The notes: generated by a model not told the origin, from the sequence alone. Shown: positions 1 through 9,303, numbered from the stretch's first letter. The stretch is DNA of 64,000 nt from Microgenomates group bacterium Gr01-1014_16 (GCA_007376345.1 VMGA01000002.1:8309-72308); one strand, 5' to 3'. A program made the numbers and translations.

Positions 1-519
1 GATAATAATTGCTTCTTCCGGCACTGCATGACTTAATGCATATTTTTTAAATAAGACCGCTTCTGGATCACGATTGGATTTATAGATTGGTGACCCACCG
101 GTGATTAATATTTTGGGAGCCATTTTTGATTTCCACAGGTCGATGGCTGTTTGAATCCTCAATGTACTCTGGCTGCCAAAAACGAAAATTAAGTCTGAAG
201 TTTTTGGACTATCGTTTTCTCCCAAATAAGCATAAATGTCGTTGGCTACGGTTTCCATATCCTCTAATGCTAATGTTCTTTGAACTACGTCCGTCTCAAG
301 TTCTGTTCCTTCAACGATAACTTCTTGCCAGGTTTTATCTGCAGTAAAAAGACCAGTGTCCAACTTTAATAAATTTAACCAAACGATCACCGAATCGAAT
401 TTGGGAAAGTGGATATTTTCTTTGCCTTTTGCAGGCTGACGCCAGGCCTCTTTCTTCATGATTTCCTCTAACTCTTTGACTGCCGGAAGCTGGGTGTAAG
501 AAGTCCTTTTAGTTGCCAT
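1..519 (-). CDS. DUF218/YdcF-like protein, 3' end truncated by the window edge (start codon at 519)
   Basis: Hand translation of the reverse strand gives MATKRTSYTQLPAVKELEEIMKKEAW...DLIFVFGSQSTLRIQTAIDLWKSKMAPKILITGG. The xVFG..R...A..L...ap.I.tGG pattern is typical of DUF218. The ORF track missed it because there is no stop inside the window. Confidence 0.45.
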   Translation of the reverse strand, partial: MATKRTSYTQLPAVKELEEIMKKEAWRQPAKGKENIHFPKFDSVIVWLNLLKLDTGLFTADKTWQEVIVEGTELETDVVQRTLALEDMETVANDIYAYLGENDSPKTSDLIFVFGSQSTLRIQTAIDLWKSKMAPKILITGGSPIYKSNRDPEAVLFKKYALSHAVPEEAIII

Positions 520-1333
520 GAAACTTGAAATCTGTGGGTGGTTTAATGTAACCAAATTTGGCAAATTTTTGTTTTTTTAAATATGCTGAAAGTTGATCTC
601 CATCGCCAAAGTGCCAGAATTCACCAGGATGAGCTACAAAGTCAAATTCGGGAGCTGTCAGAAGATGGAATAAAATACGTCTCATTTTCATCCTGGCAAT
701 ATTAATTTCATTTAATTGCTGTTTTTGCTCTAACACAAACGAATTAATGATATCCCCCGGATACGAGTAAGATAACGGACAACCCGTTTGTAAAGACCAA
801 AGTTCCAGGTCGCATGCTCCTCCGGTGGAATGGGGACTGACAGAAACAGAGGCAATGGCTTTGTCTACATATTTATTGCCAAATTCTTTGGACATGAGTT
901 TTTTTGAATCCGTTTGAGTTTGGGTGTCTCTCCAACCGCTGTTTATAACCAGAAAGAGGCCGTGAAGACGCAGGAGTAAATCGACTTTTCTCAACTTAGT
1001 AGCTATTGATTTTCTTAGCCAGGCGAATGGATACAGATTTCTATTTTGCAATTGATCTAATAGCTTTTCTTTTTTGGCAGTGATTTCGTCAAGGTAAACA
1101 TTGAGATAATAGTCTTTGCTAACCAACCCGTAGTCCCCGCAATTTACTAACTCCTCACTGTTATCTTTAATAGGAAGTTTTTGATATTCCTGCCTATATG
1201 ATCCGTCATTATTTTCACCAACCTGGGTCTTTTCCCATTCACTAAATATATATGGCTTTTCCATTAGATCAGCAGCCCAGCCATCAAATTTATGATCTGA
1301 AATCCTCTGGAACTGTTTTACACTGTCGTCCAT
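509..1333 (-). CDS. Peptidase M15 family, D-Ala-D-Ala dipeptidase (VanX)-like
   Basis: A 274-aa ORF with the motifs SPHSTGGACDLELW and HPGEFWHFGDGD, which match the VanX/M15D Zn-binding signatures SxHxxGxAxD and EWWH. Confidence 0.5.
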   Translation of the reverse strand: MDDSVKQFQRISDHKFDGWAADLMEKPYIFSEWEKTQVGENNDGSYRQEYQKLPIKDNSEELVNCGDYGLVSKDYYLNVYLDEITAKKEKLLDQLQNRNLYPFAWLRKSIATKLRKVDLLLRLHGLFLVINSGWRDTQTQTDSKKLMSKEFGNKYVDKAIASVSVSPHSTGGACDLELWSLQTGCPLSYSYPGDIINSFVLEQKQQLNEINIARMKMRRILFHLLTAPEFDFVAHPGEFWHFGDGDQLSAYLKKQKFAKFGYIKPPTDFKFHGN

Positions 1334-1362
1334 GCTGCTTGAGTAATTAGTTTACTACTTTC

Positions 1363-1378
1363 AATACTATCTGGTATT
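1363..1378. promoter_or_regulatory. Operator-like near-palindrome AATACTA-tc-TGGTATT followed by TATTAGAAAtaATG (copy of 38199-38224)
   Basis: Read from the sequence. Here the ATG opens only a 12-codon ORF. The site is in the upstream region of the M15 peptidase gene. Confidence 0.45.
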
Positions 1379-1398
1379 AGAAATAATGCGACCTTTTG

Positions 1399-1426
1399 AA
1401 TTACCATACTACAGAGTATGGTAATT
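1399..1426. repeat. 12-bp-stem hairpin aattaccatact-ACAG-agtatggtaatt (copy of the element at 38162-38189)
   Basis: A perfect inverted repeat. The stop codon of the HAD gene lies in its 3' arm. Confidence 0.7.
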
Positions 1427-1976
1427 AGACGAGTGTTAAAAACAAATCCAAAAGTTTTTGGCTGGATTCTTCCGGATGGACGGGGTCGTAGAGGAAGGTT
1501 TGCCAGCCAAATGATTTTGCTGCTTCAATGTGACGCGAGGTGTTCTCGATAAAAAGAATTTCGTTGCCTTTAACTCCTGCTTTTTGTTCTGCAAGTTTGA
1601 ATATTTTGGGATCCGGTTTGGCTAAGCCGACGACACTTGAGTCGATAATCACATTCCAATCCACTTCGGGCACGAGGCCGCTTTTTTTAATAGCATCAAA
1701 CATACCGGGGTACATGTTGGTGAGGAGACCGATGCGGTTTTTTGTGTGAATTTCGTTGATATCTGAATAAATGGACGGATTGGGTTCAAACCGGCTGACA
1801 AAAGCATTGAGAAATTCAGGACTGATTTTTTCTTTTCCCGCGCAGAGCTTCGGCTCAAAATCGTCCCAGTAAGCGTCGGTTATCCCCCACTCTTTTTTGA
1901 CTACTTCCCATTTATCCGTCCCACTAAAATCTAAAATTACTACCCCGCCTACATCAAAATATACAAATGAAATCAT
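1425..1976 (-). CDS. HAD superfamily hydrolase, subfamily IA
   Basis: N-terminal FDVGGVV (motif I), AKPDPKIF (the conserved Lys region) and a FIENTSRHIEAAKSFGW tail. Confidence 0.7.
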   Translation of the reverse strand: MISFVYFDVGGVVILDFSGTDKWEVVKKEWGITDAYWDDFEPKLCAGKEKISPEFLNAFVSRFEPNPSIYSDINEIHTKNRIGLLTNMYPGMFDAIKKSGLVPEVDWNVIIDSSVVGLAKPDPKIFKLAEQKAGVKGNEILFIENTSRHIEAAKSFGWQTFLYDPVHPEESSQKLLDLFLTLV

Positions 1977-2642
1977 TTAAGTGAAAATGTCTTTTTTTAA
2001 CTCTTTGGCTTTTTGAAGAAAAAATTCTTCCATTTCCCCCCGGTGAAATGGTACGAGCATTGTGGTTAGGTCTCCAAGTTCTTTAACTTTCAAAAATTGA
2101 CTGGATAACCCAATTGGGTCGATATGCCAATCAAACTTGGCTTTGGCGTCTAGGATTACCCTGTTTAAATCGTATTTGGCGCTTTTAAAAATAAAGAATA
2201 GATCGATGAAGTCCCTGGATCTGGGTTTCATGAATATAGTGTGCATTTTGTTGGCGGCAATATCCGGTAGGCTGTCCACATCCAGAGTTTTATATTTTTT
2301 GCCTTTTGATATACGAAGAAATGGATAATAATTAAAATCTACTTTTAGTTCTTCCCTGTCACTATAAGCCAGCTTGTAACTGACCAATCCCAGCATTTGG
2401 TTCTTTTTAATCTTACTCACGCCGATTTTTGGAGATATCTTTTTCAAAAAGGCTTCGACAATAACCGGATTCACTTCTTCGTTTTCACTGAATAAATCTA
2501 TGTCTTCAGATTTGCGGTGCTGCAAATGGAACTCAGCCAGTGCCGTGCCGCCAGTAAAATAGTAGTTGGCTACTATGTTTGGCTCTTTGGCGACCAGTTC
2601 CAAAAAGTGAGATTGTTTGGGAGTGAGTAGCGTTTTTCCCAT
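1977..2642 (-). CDS. Nucleotidyltransferase of the AbiEii/AbiGii toxin family (DUF1814)
   Basis: N-terminal YYFTGGTALAEFHLQHRKSEDIDLF matches the DUF1814 GGTAL...R.SEDIDL signature. Length is 221 aa. Confidence 0.5.
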   Translation of the reverse strand: MGKTLLTPKQSHFLELVAKEPNIVANYYFTGGTALAEFHLQHRKSEDIDLFSENEEVNPVIVEAFLKKISPKIGVSKIKKNQMLGLVSYKLAYSDREELKVDFNYYPFLRISKGKKYKTLDVDSLPDIAANKMHTIFMKPRSRDFIDLFFIFKSAKYDLNRVILDAKAKFDWHIDPIGLSSQFLKVKELGDLTTMLVPFHRGEMEEFFLQKAKELKKDIFT

Positions 2643-2839
2643 AATAAATACTCCAAAGCTCTGGCCTTATATGGATCCAGGCGATCTTTTATTTGCGGCC
2701 AGGAGGACTTGACTTCCTGTTCATTAAGTTTTTCTCCTTCGTCCAGGCCATAATTTATGAGTTGGGTCAGACGCCATAAACGATACCCTTCCGGATCGCG
2801 TTTTTTAAAAGCTTTCTCATCAACCGACCAATTCCACAT
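2573..2839 (-). CDS. Small hypothetical protein upstream of the AbiEii-like gene, possible cognate partner
   Basis: An 88-aa charged ORF whose last 70 nt overlap the AbiEii start in another frame. No recognisable domain. Confidence 0.25.
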   Translation of the reverse strand: MWNWSVDEKAFKKRDPEGYRLWRLTQLINYGLDEGEKLNEQEVKSSWPQIKDRLDPYKARALEYLLWEKRYSLPNNLTFWNWSPKSQT

Positions 2840-2846
2840 GGCTAAA

Positions 2847-3326
2847 TTATACTCCAGGAGTTGGAGTGACGCTGGGGGAAGCGGTGGGAGTGATTCTGAT
2901 GGGGATGATGTGGATTAATTTGGCTAAAATACCGGTGTCCTTGAGACTCCCGACTGCGATAATCCTTTGACCAACTGCTAATGCTGCAGATGAGGTGGCA
3001 GCTGACTTGGATTTGATAACGGTATTGGAATCGAAGAAGATTGTGTATGATCTGTCCTTTTGAATCTGATGGGTGAGGGTAATGGTGTTGTCGTTGAGAG
3101 CAGAAATAACACCTATCACAGCCCGGCGCTTGAGTTGGGCAGATACTGAAGCATTGACTTCCCTGATTAAAATCTTTTTGGTTCTAAATTCGGCCTCCCG
3201 GGTAGCTGGCTTGGCAGTTTTCATTTTTAAAACCACATCCCTAATTTTTTCTGAACCCAGCCTGGCACGAATGACCTCTGGTCTGGCTGGAGATAACAGA
3301 GCCAATAATAGAAAAACGGGAATCAT
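2847..3326 (-). CDS. Hypothetical secreted protein
   Basis: A 159-aa ORF with an N-terminal hydrophobic signal-like segment MIPVFLLLALLSPA. No recognisable motif. Confidence 0.4.
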   Translation of the reverse strand: MIPVFLLLALLSPARPEVIRARLGSEKIRDVVLKMKTAKPATREAEFRTKKILIREVNASVSAQLKRRAVIGVISALNDNTITLTHQIQKDRSYTIFFDSNTVIKSKSAATSSAALAVGQRIIAVGSLKDTGILAKLIHIIPIRITPTASPSVTPTPGV

Positions 3327-3814
3327 GGGCTGTAAACTAATTCCAGACTAACACTTTTTTCTTCACCGGTATCGCTATAAGCAGTGACAACAATGGAGTT
3401 GGTACCTTCGGCCAATAGAATCGTGCCTTCAAAGTTACCTGAATCATCGCTCTCGACGGCTACTTCATCGGTTTCGGAAAGAATAACCACATTTATATTT
3501 GGGGCTGTTTGACCTTTGACCAGCACTTCTTCATTTACTGCCAACTCATCGCTTTTGGGACTGGTGAGTGTCAAGAAAAACGTTTCAACGGGTGTTGGAG
3601 AAGGTGACGGACGCACCACTGCTAAAGGCACAGGAGTTGGAGCAGGTTTTGCGGATTGAAGCGCACCTAACTGGGTATAGGCAATGACCGCACCGGATAC
3701 TACAGTGGCCACGCCCAATACAATCAGAAATGGCATTCGGACTTTGGGGCGGGATGGAGGAACTAAAACTACCGGAGGAGGAGTGGGAGCTGGTTCTGGA
3801 GGGACAGGATCCAT
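3323..3814 (-). CDS. Hypothetical membrane-anchored Pro-rich protein
   Basis: A 163-aa ORF with an N-terminal Pro-rich stretch, one TM helix (FLIVLGVATVVSGAVIAY) and an Ig-like-looking C-terminal beta segment. It has an ATGA-type overlap with the downstream gene. Confidence 0.4.
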   Translation of the reverse strand: MDPVPPEPAPTPPPVVLVPPSRPKVRMPFLIVLGVATVVSGAVIAYTQLGALQSAKPAPTPVPLAVVRPSPSPTPVETFFLTLTSPKSDELAVNEEVLVKGQTAPNINVVILSETDEVAVESDDSGNFEGTILLAEGTNSIVVTAYSDTGEEKSVSLELVYSP

Positions 3815-3838
3815 GATTGTATTAGTATAACATTGAAA

Positions 3839-4906
3839 CTACAGAAAATAATTATCAATTGCGAATTGTAATTGTTTCATATAAAGACTCTTGAAATTGT
3901 ACAAATTATTGATTTCGTAAAAGACAATCATCGCGCTCCGATATTCATTAACATCAATGCTTCGATATGATAACGGAAAATAGTCGTAAGCTAAAAGTAT
4001 CGCATTTGAAAGCATGCGAGATGTTCTTTTATTTCCGTCGGAAAACGGTTGAAGGTAAGCAATCATAATCGAAAGTATTAGTGCTTTTTCCGGAGGAAAT
4101 TCAGTTTTGTTTACGATCTCAATTAACTGCCTTAATACGCTTTCGATTTGATGTTTATCAGACAAGGGCTCATAGCGTGTTCCGGAAATTCTTACTTTTT
4201 GAGATCTAATCCCGGAAGTTACCAGACCATTCGTCAAAACCTGATGCAATTGAATAATATCGGAGAAGTCAAGTTTTTTGAATGAATCTTTTTTGTGCAA
4301 AATAACATCAAATGCTTTTTTATGGTTCAAAATCATCACAGCCTCTTCGTCAGAATGACCTTGGGCCTTGATATTTTGTTTAATCAAAGTTTCTGTTTCA
4401 ATCAAGGTGTACGTATTTCCTTCAATTTGAGACGATTTCCAAGAAAGTTCAATAATAAATCTTTCAAGTTCCCTTCTGTAAATGGAGGGGTCTAATTTAT
4501 CCCCCGCTTCCTTGAAAATATTTTTGCTTCTTTCCCATAATTTGATTTCGTCCGGAGAATATAAACTATTCAGGCGAGAAAATACGACATTATTGAAATT
4601 TTTGTTAACAACCCGACTTTCTGCTTCAGTTTTAAAATAACTGTCTAAATCGAGATAAGTAAGCAAGGGATTTGTCTCGGCCAATCCATAAGTGGTGTTC
4701 TTTCCCTTCTCCGATACCTTGACAATCTTCAGATCAATAAGACGATTTAGATCCCGTATAAAAGTGATTCTCGAAATACTTGCGTCTGGCGAGACAATGT
4801 CTGCTAAAGCAAGGCGGGAAACGCTCCCCATCTGTTTCAAAACATCGATGATTTTCTTTTGACGGCCATTGAGATTCGTATCATTCATATTCGTCAATCG
4901 TATCAT
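3839..4906 (-). CDS. Fic/Doc family protein with N-terminal HTH and a degenerate Doc-like active-site motif
   Basis: A 355-aa ORF with a DeoR-like wHTH at the N-terminus and an SSQIEGN (SxxxEG) inhibitory-helix motif. The Fic motif position reads QPFSDGNKRTSR (nt 4025-4051). The canonical form is HPFx[DE]GN[GK]RxxR, so the catalytic His is Gln and the NKR matches Doc. Confidence 0.7.
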   Translation of the reverse strand: MIRLTNMNDTNLNGRQKKIIDVLKQMGSVSRLALADIVSPDASISRITFIRDLNRLIDLKIVKVSEKGKNTTYGLAETNPLLTYLDLDSYFKTEAESRVVNKNFNNVVFSRLNSLYSPDEIKLWERSKNIFKEAGDKLDPSIYRRELERFIIELSWKSSQIEGNTYTLIETETLIKQNIKAQGHSDEEAVMILNHKKAFDVILHKKDSFKKLDFSDIIQLHQVLTNGLVTSGIRSQKVRISGTRYEPLSDKHQIESVLRQLIEIVNKTEFPPEKALILSIMIAYLQPFSDGNKRTSRMLSNAILLAYDYFPLSYRSIDVNEYRSAMIVFYEINNLYNFKSLYMKQLQFAIDNYFL

Positions 4907-4929
4907 AAATGATACGAATAAAAATTAAC

Positions 4930-5490
4930 TTATTGATTAATTTCAAAAACTTTAAATTTATAGTTTGGTAAGAGCAATGATTCAATATCAGAAGTGATGT
5001 CTCTGAAAACAGTCTCCATTCCTTTTGTATAGTGGGGTATAGTTTTTACTGTAACTAAACCAAGGCCTTGAATTACACCTCCACCAGATTTGCTGTAACA
5101 ATACGTTGACAAGCTATTTGCTCCCGCAGATTCTCCTGCTACAATTTTTCCACTGAAAAGATCACCAAGATTCTTGTATTCTTTTAACTTATCCATCAAT
5201 CGTATAGTTGTCCCTCCACCAAAATAAATAACGTCGGATTTTTTTACTTGTTCTATGAAATCAAGTTCTGTGGCAACTCTAAAAATTAACTCTTTATCCC
5301 CCGCAACTCTCTCAAATTGAGATTTATCAGTTTGATAATTGAGATCTATTTTTTCGTTTCTACCAGCAAATTCTACCAATAATATTTTAACTCTGTCCTT
5401 AGCGTCCTTCAAAATTTCAGCAAAAAACTTGTCATTCTCTGAATTTATGTGTTGCGCGTTACCTCCGTGGAGGATATATTTGGTTTTCAT
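4930..5490 (-). CDS. Peptidase S51 (dipeptidase E / cyanophycinase-like) family protein
   Basis: VIYFGGGTTIRLMDKL...GKIVAGESAGANS is the S51 GGG...G.SAG pattern. The start is placed at the internal MKTKYILHGG (5490), which avoids a 62-nt overlap with the upstream Fic gene. The longest ORF would reach 5559. Confidence 0.5.
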   Translation of the reverse strand: MKTKYILHGGNAQHINSENDKFFAEILKDAKDRVKILLVEFAGRNEKIDLNYQTDKSQFERVAGDKELIFRVATELDFIEQVKKSDVIYFGGGTTIRLMDKLKEYKNLGDLFSGKIVAGESAGANSLSTYCYSKSGGGVIQGLGLVTVKTIPHYTKGMETVFRDITSDIESLLLPNYKFKVFEINQ

Positions 5491-5497
5491 CTTTAAG

Positions 5498-6520
5498 TCA
5501 TTTGAGCGAATAATAGCTATTTTTGGTGCCACCTTTTTTTTTGACATATCCTTTATCAACTAAGCCCGCTAGCAGTTTGTGCGCTTGTTGGCGAGAAACC
5601 TTGAACTCGTTTACCAGATCTTGAGAAGTCACTTCGGCATGAGATTGGAGATATATGAGAATTTCTTGCTCTTTGGGGGTAGGTCTATCTATCACCTTTT
5701 CGCTCAACATGGTCGTTTCGATTCGTGAAAGAGCACTTTGGAGTGAATATTTCACGCCATCTGTAAAGTACGTGAGCCACTCACTTTTATCGCCTTCGTC
5801 GGCGGTACTCAATTTGTCGGAATACTCAAAACGATCCAAATCATAGTAATCATCTAAAACAAAATATTTATTGATTTGATACCCGTACTTGAGAAATATA
5901 AGGGCGGTGAGAAGACGGCAGGTACGACCGTTGCCGTCGACAAAAGGGTGAATATAGACGTATTGATGATGGAAAATACCAATTTTGAGTAAAGGAGAAG
6001 TGTCCGTATCTTGCTCAACCCAATTTAGTAACTCGGTTGATACTCTTTCAATTTCTAACTTATTGTGAAAAGGGGGTTCGTGTTTGACGCGTAATTTAGA
6101 GATACCATTCTTAGTTTCGTACCCCCCCACAACAACTCGAGTATTCCTGATCTGACCTGCGATGTCATTATCAACTGACTTAAGCAATTTAGTATGAAGA
6201 TCAGTCACCATTGAAAGAGTAAGAGGTTGGTTTACATGTTGATCTAGCGACTTGAGCAAGTCAAAATAATTTTTAACCTCCCGCTCATCACGGTTTGCAG
6301 GAATTCGATCACCTAGCAAAAGATTGGTTACTTCCGGGAAAGATAAAGGATTACCCTCGATACTATTACTGATGTAAGTGGATTTGATGAGATGGTCGCG
6401 CTGGAGATTAAGTTCGAGTTTTTTGGGGATGCGCAAACCCTCAAGTTGACCATATAGCCGCTCTATTTGGGTAAGATTGGCAATAATCCTAGGAGAAAGA
6501 GTAAATATGGGCTGGAACAT
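5498..6520 (-). CDS. Fic family protein with the canonical motif and an N-terminal inhibitory SxxxEG, plus a C-terminal wHTH
   Basis: HPFVDGNGRTCRLL (nt 5924-5950) is a perfect HPFx[DE]GNGRxxR. SNSIEGN sits near the N-terminus. A C-terminal wHTH-like tail is present. Confidence 0.8.
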   Translation of the reverse strand: MFQPIFTLSPRIIANLTQIERLYGQLEGLRIPKKLELNLQRDHLIKSTYISNSIEGNPLSFPEVTNLLLGDRIPANRDEREVKNYFDLLKSLDQHVNQPLTLSMVTDLHTKLLKSVDNDIAGQIRNTRVVVGGYETKNGISKLRVKHEPPFHNKLEIERVSTELLNWVEQDTDTSPLLKIGIFHHQYVYIHPFVDGNGRTCRLLTALIFLKYGYQINKYFVLDDYYDLDRFEYSDKLSTADEGDKSEWLTYFTDGVKYSLQSALSRIETTMLSEKVIDRPTPKEQEILIYLQSHAEVTSQDLVNEFKVSRQQAHKLLAGLVDKGYVKKKGGTKNSYYSLK

Positions 6521-6528
6521 ATGTATTC

Positions 6529-6568
6529 AGTATACAAATTTCCAATCAATTGTCAACTTATTTGTCAA
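6529..6568 (-). promoter_or_regulatory. Sigma70-like promoter for the canonical fic gene. The -10 box lies 8 nt before the ATG, so the mRNA is likely leaderless
   Basis: The minus strand reads TTGACA (6551-6556), a 16-nt spacer, TATACT (6529-6534), then gaatacat and ATG (6520). A second TTGACA lies at 6563-6568 within the direct repeats TTGTCAACTTA x2. Confidence 0.5.
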
Positions 6569-6569
6569 C

Positions 6570-9278
6570 TTAATTGTAAGCTATGCAACCGTCACCGAGC
6601 CTAATTCGGGTAGTGGCATTTTTTGTATTTCTTGCCCGAGTTGCACCAACAAGGATCGTTGCGACCGAGGGATTTGTGATCGTTTTTGATGGCGGTTTTT
6701 TGGAGACCGGGGTGGGTTGGGGGTGGTGGGTAGTGAGATTGGTAGTGGGGGTGGGGGCAAGGGGCTGGGGGCCTATTTGGATTCTAAATAAGCGCTTAGA
6801 AAATTCCGAGTCGATTTGGGCGTGAAGGCGTTCGAACATGGAAAAGGCTTCGCCTTTATACTCGACTAAGGGGTCCCTTTGGCCGTAACCCCGCAGGCCG
6901 ATGCCGGAGCGCAGATCATCGACGGCGTCAAGATGATCTATCCAGAGATTGTCGATAGATGAGAGGTAAGCGAACTTAACGATATTTTTCCAATCCGACT
7001 CTCCCACTTGGGATTTTCGTTGAGAAATAGTGTCTATGACAATTTGATTAATTAAAGTGGTAATTTCTTTGGCCGTTCCCAGGCGTTTGAACTCGGAGGC
7101 CATATTGGCTTGAGAAGCGTCGTCGAATGGGACGACTTCGACCAGAGCCATAACAATAGGAGCCACTTCAGATTCGATGATGCCGTGCGGGGCGTAAGCA
7201 TTAACAATGTTAGTTAGTCTAGTAGTTAGAAGGTTCGTTAGTTCAGAGTCAGTGATTTCGTTGTTGAGGACACGATGGCGCAGGCCATAGATAATTTCAC
7301 GCTGTTTATTCATGACGTCGTCGTAATCAACGACATGTTTTCTGGCGTCAAAGTTGAAACCCTCTACTTTGACCTGGGCCTGCTCGATAGCCTTGCTAAC
7401 CATAGAGTGTTCGATAGGTTCGTTTTCGGGAATTTTGAGAAAACCCATAATTTTGGCGACCTGGTCGCCACCAAAAATACGCATAATGTCGTCGTCTAAA
7501 GCCAGATAAAACCGGGAAGCGCCGGGATCGCCCTGGCGGCCCGAACGGCCACGCAGCTGATTGTCGATGCGGCGGGATTCGTGGCGCTCGGTGCCGATGA
7601 CATATAAGCCTCCGGAAGCGACAACTTCGTCATGGGCCTCCTGCCACTGCTTACGGGCTTTTTCGTATTGTTTGTCGGTGAGTTTGTCAATGCCTAGAAC
7701 AAATTTAGGGTTGGGGGGGGGAGTGCCGCCCAAGACAATATCCACGCCGCGACCGGCAATATTAGTAGCTATGGTCACCGCGCCACTTCGACCGGCTTCG
7801 GAGATAATAGTGGCTTCTTTTTCGTGATTTTTGGCATTTAAAATCTGGTGGGGAACGCCTTTGTGTTTAAGAAGCTCTGATACTGTTTCATTTTTTTCGA
7901 TTGAAGTGGTGCCCACCAAGACTGGCTGGCCGGCGGCGTGTAGCTTGGCAATTTCATCAGCCAACGCCGTGTACTTGGCCCGGGTGGTTTTGTAAATTAT
8001 ATCTGCATTGTCCTGCCTGATCATGGGGCGGTGGGTGGGGATAATCAGAACGTCGAGATTGTAAATTTTTCTGAATTCTTCGGCTTCAGTAGAAGCAGTT
8101 CCGGTCATACCGGCTAACTTTTCGTACATGCGGAAGTAGTTTTGGAAAGAAATGGTGGCCAGGGTCCGGGATTCCTGCTGGATCACGACGCCTTCTTTGG
8201 CCTCGACAGCCTGGTGCATACCTTCAGACCAGCGGCGGCCGGGCATAAGACGGCCGGTAAATTCATCGACAATAACCACTTCATTGCCGCGGACGATATA
8301 GTCCTTGTCCTTGTGAAACAAAGCTCTGGATTTGAGGGCGTTTTCCAGGTGATGAATGGTATCAAAATCTTTTTCGTAGAGGTTGTCAAGGCCGAGCATT
8401 TTTTCTGTTTTTTGTAACCCGTGTTCAGTGAGAGTGGCAGTCCGGTGTTTTTCATCAATAATATAGTCGGTATCCGGAGAAAGTCGGTCGACTAATTTGG
8501 CAAATTCGTAATATTTCTGAGTGGGCTCTGAGTCCGGAGCGGAAATAATCAGCGGAGTGCGGGCCTCGTCGATTAAAATTGAGTCGACCTCATCGACGAT
8601 GGCAAAGTGGTGTCCGCGCTGGACCATTTCGGAAGTATCACCGACCATATTGTCCCGCAGATAGTCAAAACCAAATTCGTTGTTGGTGCCATAAGTAATA
8701 TCGGCGGTGTAAGCCTCTTTCCTGGACACGGGACGTAAATGAGCCAAGCGGTCGTCCCCATGCACGGGATCGAAGTACTTGGGATCATACAACAATGATT
8801 GGTCGTGGATAATAACTCCCACGGACAGGCCTAAAAGGTGGAAAGTGGGACCGTTCCAGCCGGCGTCACGGCGGGCAAGATAATCGTTGACAGTGACCAA
8901 GTGAGAGCCCTGACCGGAGAGAGAATTGAGATAGAGAGCGGGGATGGCAGACAGGGTTTTGCCCTCGCCCGTCTTTTGCTCGGCAACATTGCCTTCGTGA
9001 AATGCCGTGGCTGCAATGAGCTGAACATCAAAAGGGCGCAGGCCGATAGCCTGATCAGACGCTTCGCGGACGAGAGCAAAAGCTTCCGGGAGAAGCTGGT
9101 CTAAAGTTTCGCCTGAGGAGAGACGGTTTTTAAATTCGGCCGTGGAGGCGATAAAATCTTCAGGTTTTTTTAATTTCTTATATTGATCCGTGAAAGTATT
9201 CACCTGGGCGACCTTGATTTTTATCCTGTCTACTTCTTTTTGATTTAGGTCTAAGAATTTGGAAAGAAACTTGAACAT
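6570..9278 (-). CDS. secA: Preprotein translocase ATPase SecA
   Basis: A 902-aa ORF with DEAD-like motor motifs ([20 protein letters not shown]) and SecA preprotein cross-linking and scaffold regions. The C-terminus is a Pro/Thr-rich tail without the CxCxSGx8CH zinc finger. Confidence 0.95.
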   Translation of the reverse strand: MFKFLSKFLDLNQKEVDRIKIKVAQVNTFTDQYKKLKKPEDFIASTAEFKNRLSSGETLDQLLPEAFALVREASDQAIGLRPFDVQLIAATAFHEGNVAEQKTGEGKTLSAIPALYLNSLSGQGSHLVTVNDYLARRDAGWNGPTFHLLGLSVGVIIHDQSLLYDPKYFDPVHGDDRLAHLRPVSRKEAYTADITYGTNNEFGFDYLRDNMVGDTSEMVQRGHHFAIVDEVDSILIDEARTPLIISAPDSEPTQKYYEFAKLVDRLSPDTDYIIDEKHRTATLTEHGLQKTEKMLGLDNLYEKDFDTIHHLENALKSRALFHKDKDYIVRGNEVVIVDEFTGRLMPGRRWSEGMHQAVEAKEGVVIQQESRTLATISFQNYFRMYEKLAGMTGTASTEAEEFRKIYNLDVLIIPTHRPMIRQDNADIIYKTTRAKYTALADEIAKLHAAGQPVLVGTTSIEKNETVSELLKHKGVPHQILNAKNHEKEATIISEAGRSGAVTIATNIAGRGVDIVLGGTPPPNPKFVLGIDKLTDKQYEKARKQWQEAHDEVVASGGLYVIGTERHESRRIDNQLRGRSGRQGDPGASRFYLALDDDIMRIFGGDQVAKIMGFLKIPENEPIEHSMVSKAIEQAQVKVEGFNFDARKHVVDYDDVMNKQREIIYGLRHRVLNNEITDSELTNLLTTRLTNIVNAYAPHGIIESEVAPIVMALVEVVPFDDASQANMASEFKRLGTAKEITTLINQIVIDTISQRKSQVGESDWKNIVKFAYLSSIDNLWIDHLDAVDDLRSGIGLRGYGQRDPLVEYKGEAFSMFERLHAQIDSEFSKRLFRIQIGPQPLAPTPTTNLTTHHPQPTPVSKKPPSKTITNPSVATILVGATRARNTKNATTRIRLGDGCIAYN

Positions 9279-9303
9279 ATGGCTTGCGGGTTATTATATC
9301 TGT

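Noticed and set aside
126-320. 64-aa plus-strand ORF at the left edge
   Set aside because: It lies antisense inside the better-supported DUF218-like gene (1-519, minus strand) and has no motif.
7723-7731. G9 homopolymer
   Set aside because: It simply encodes Pro-Pro-Pro ([10 protein letters not shown]) within secA on the minus strand. It is not intergenic and there is no sign of a frameshift.
7496-9104. Multiple 60-90-aa ORFs on both strands inside secA
   Set aside because: They are in the shadow of, or antisense to, an unambiguous 902-aa secA frame. They are compositionally biased and have no motifs.
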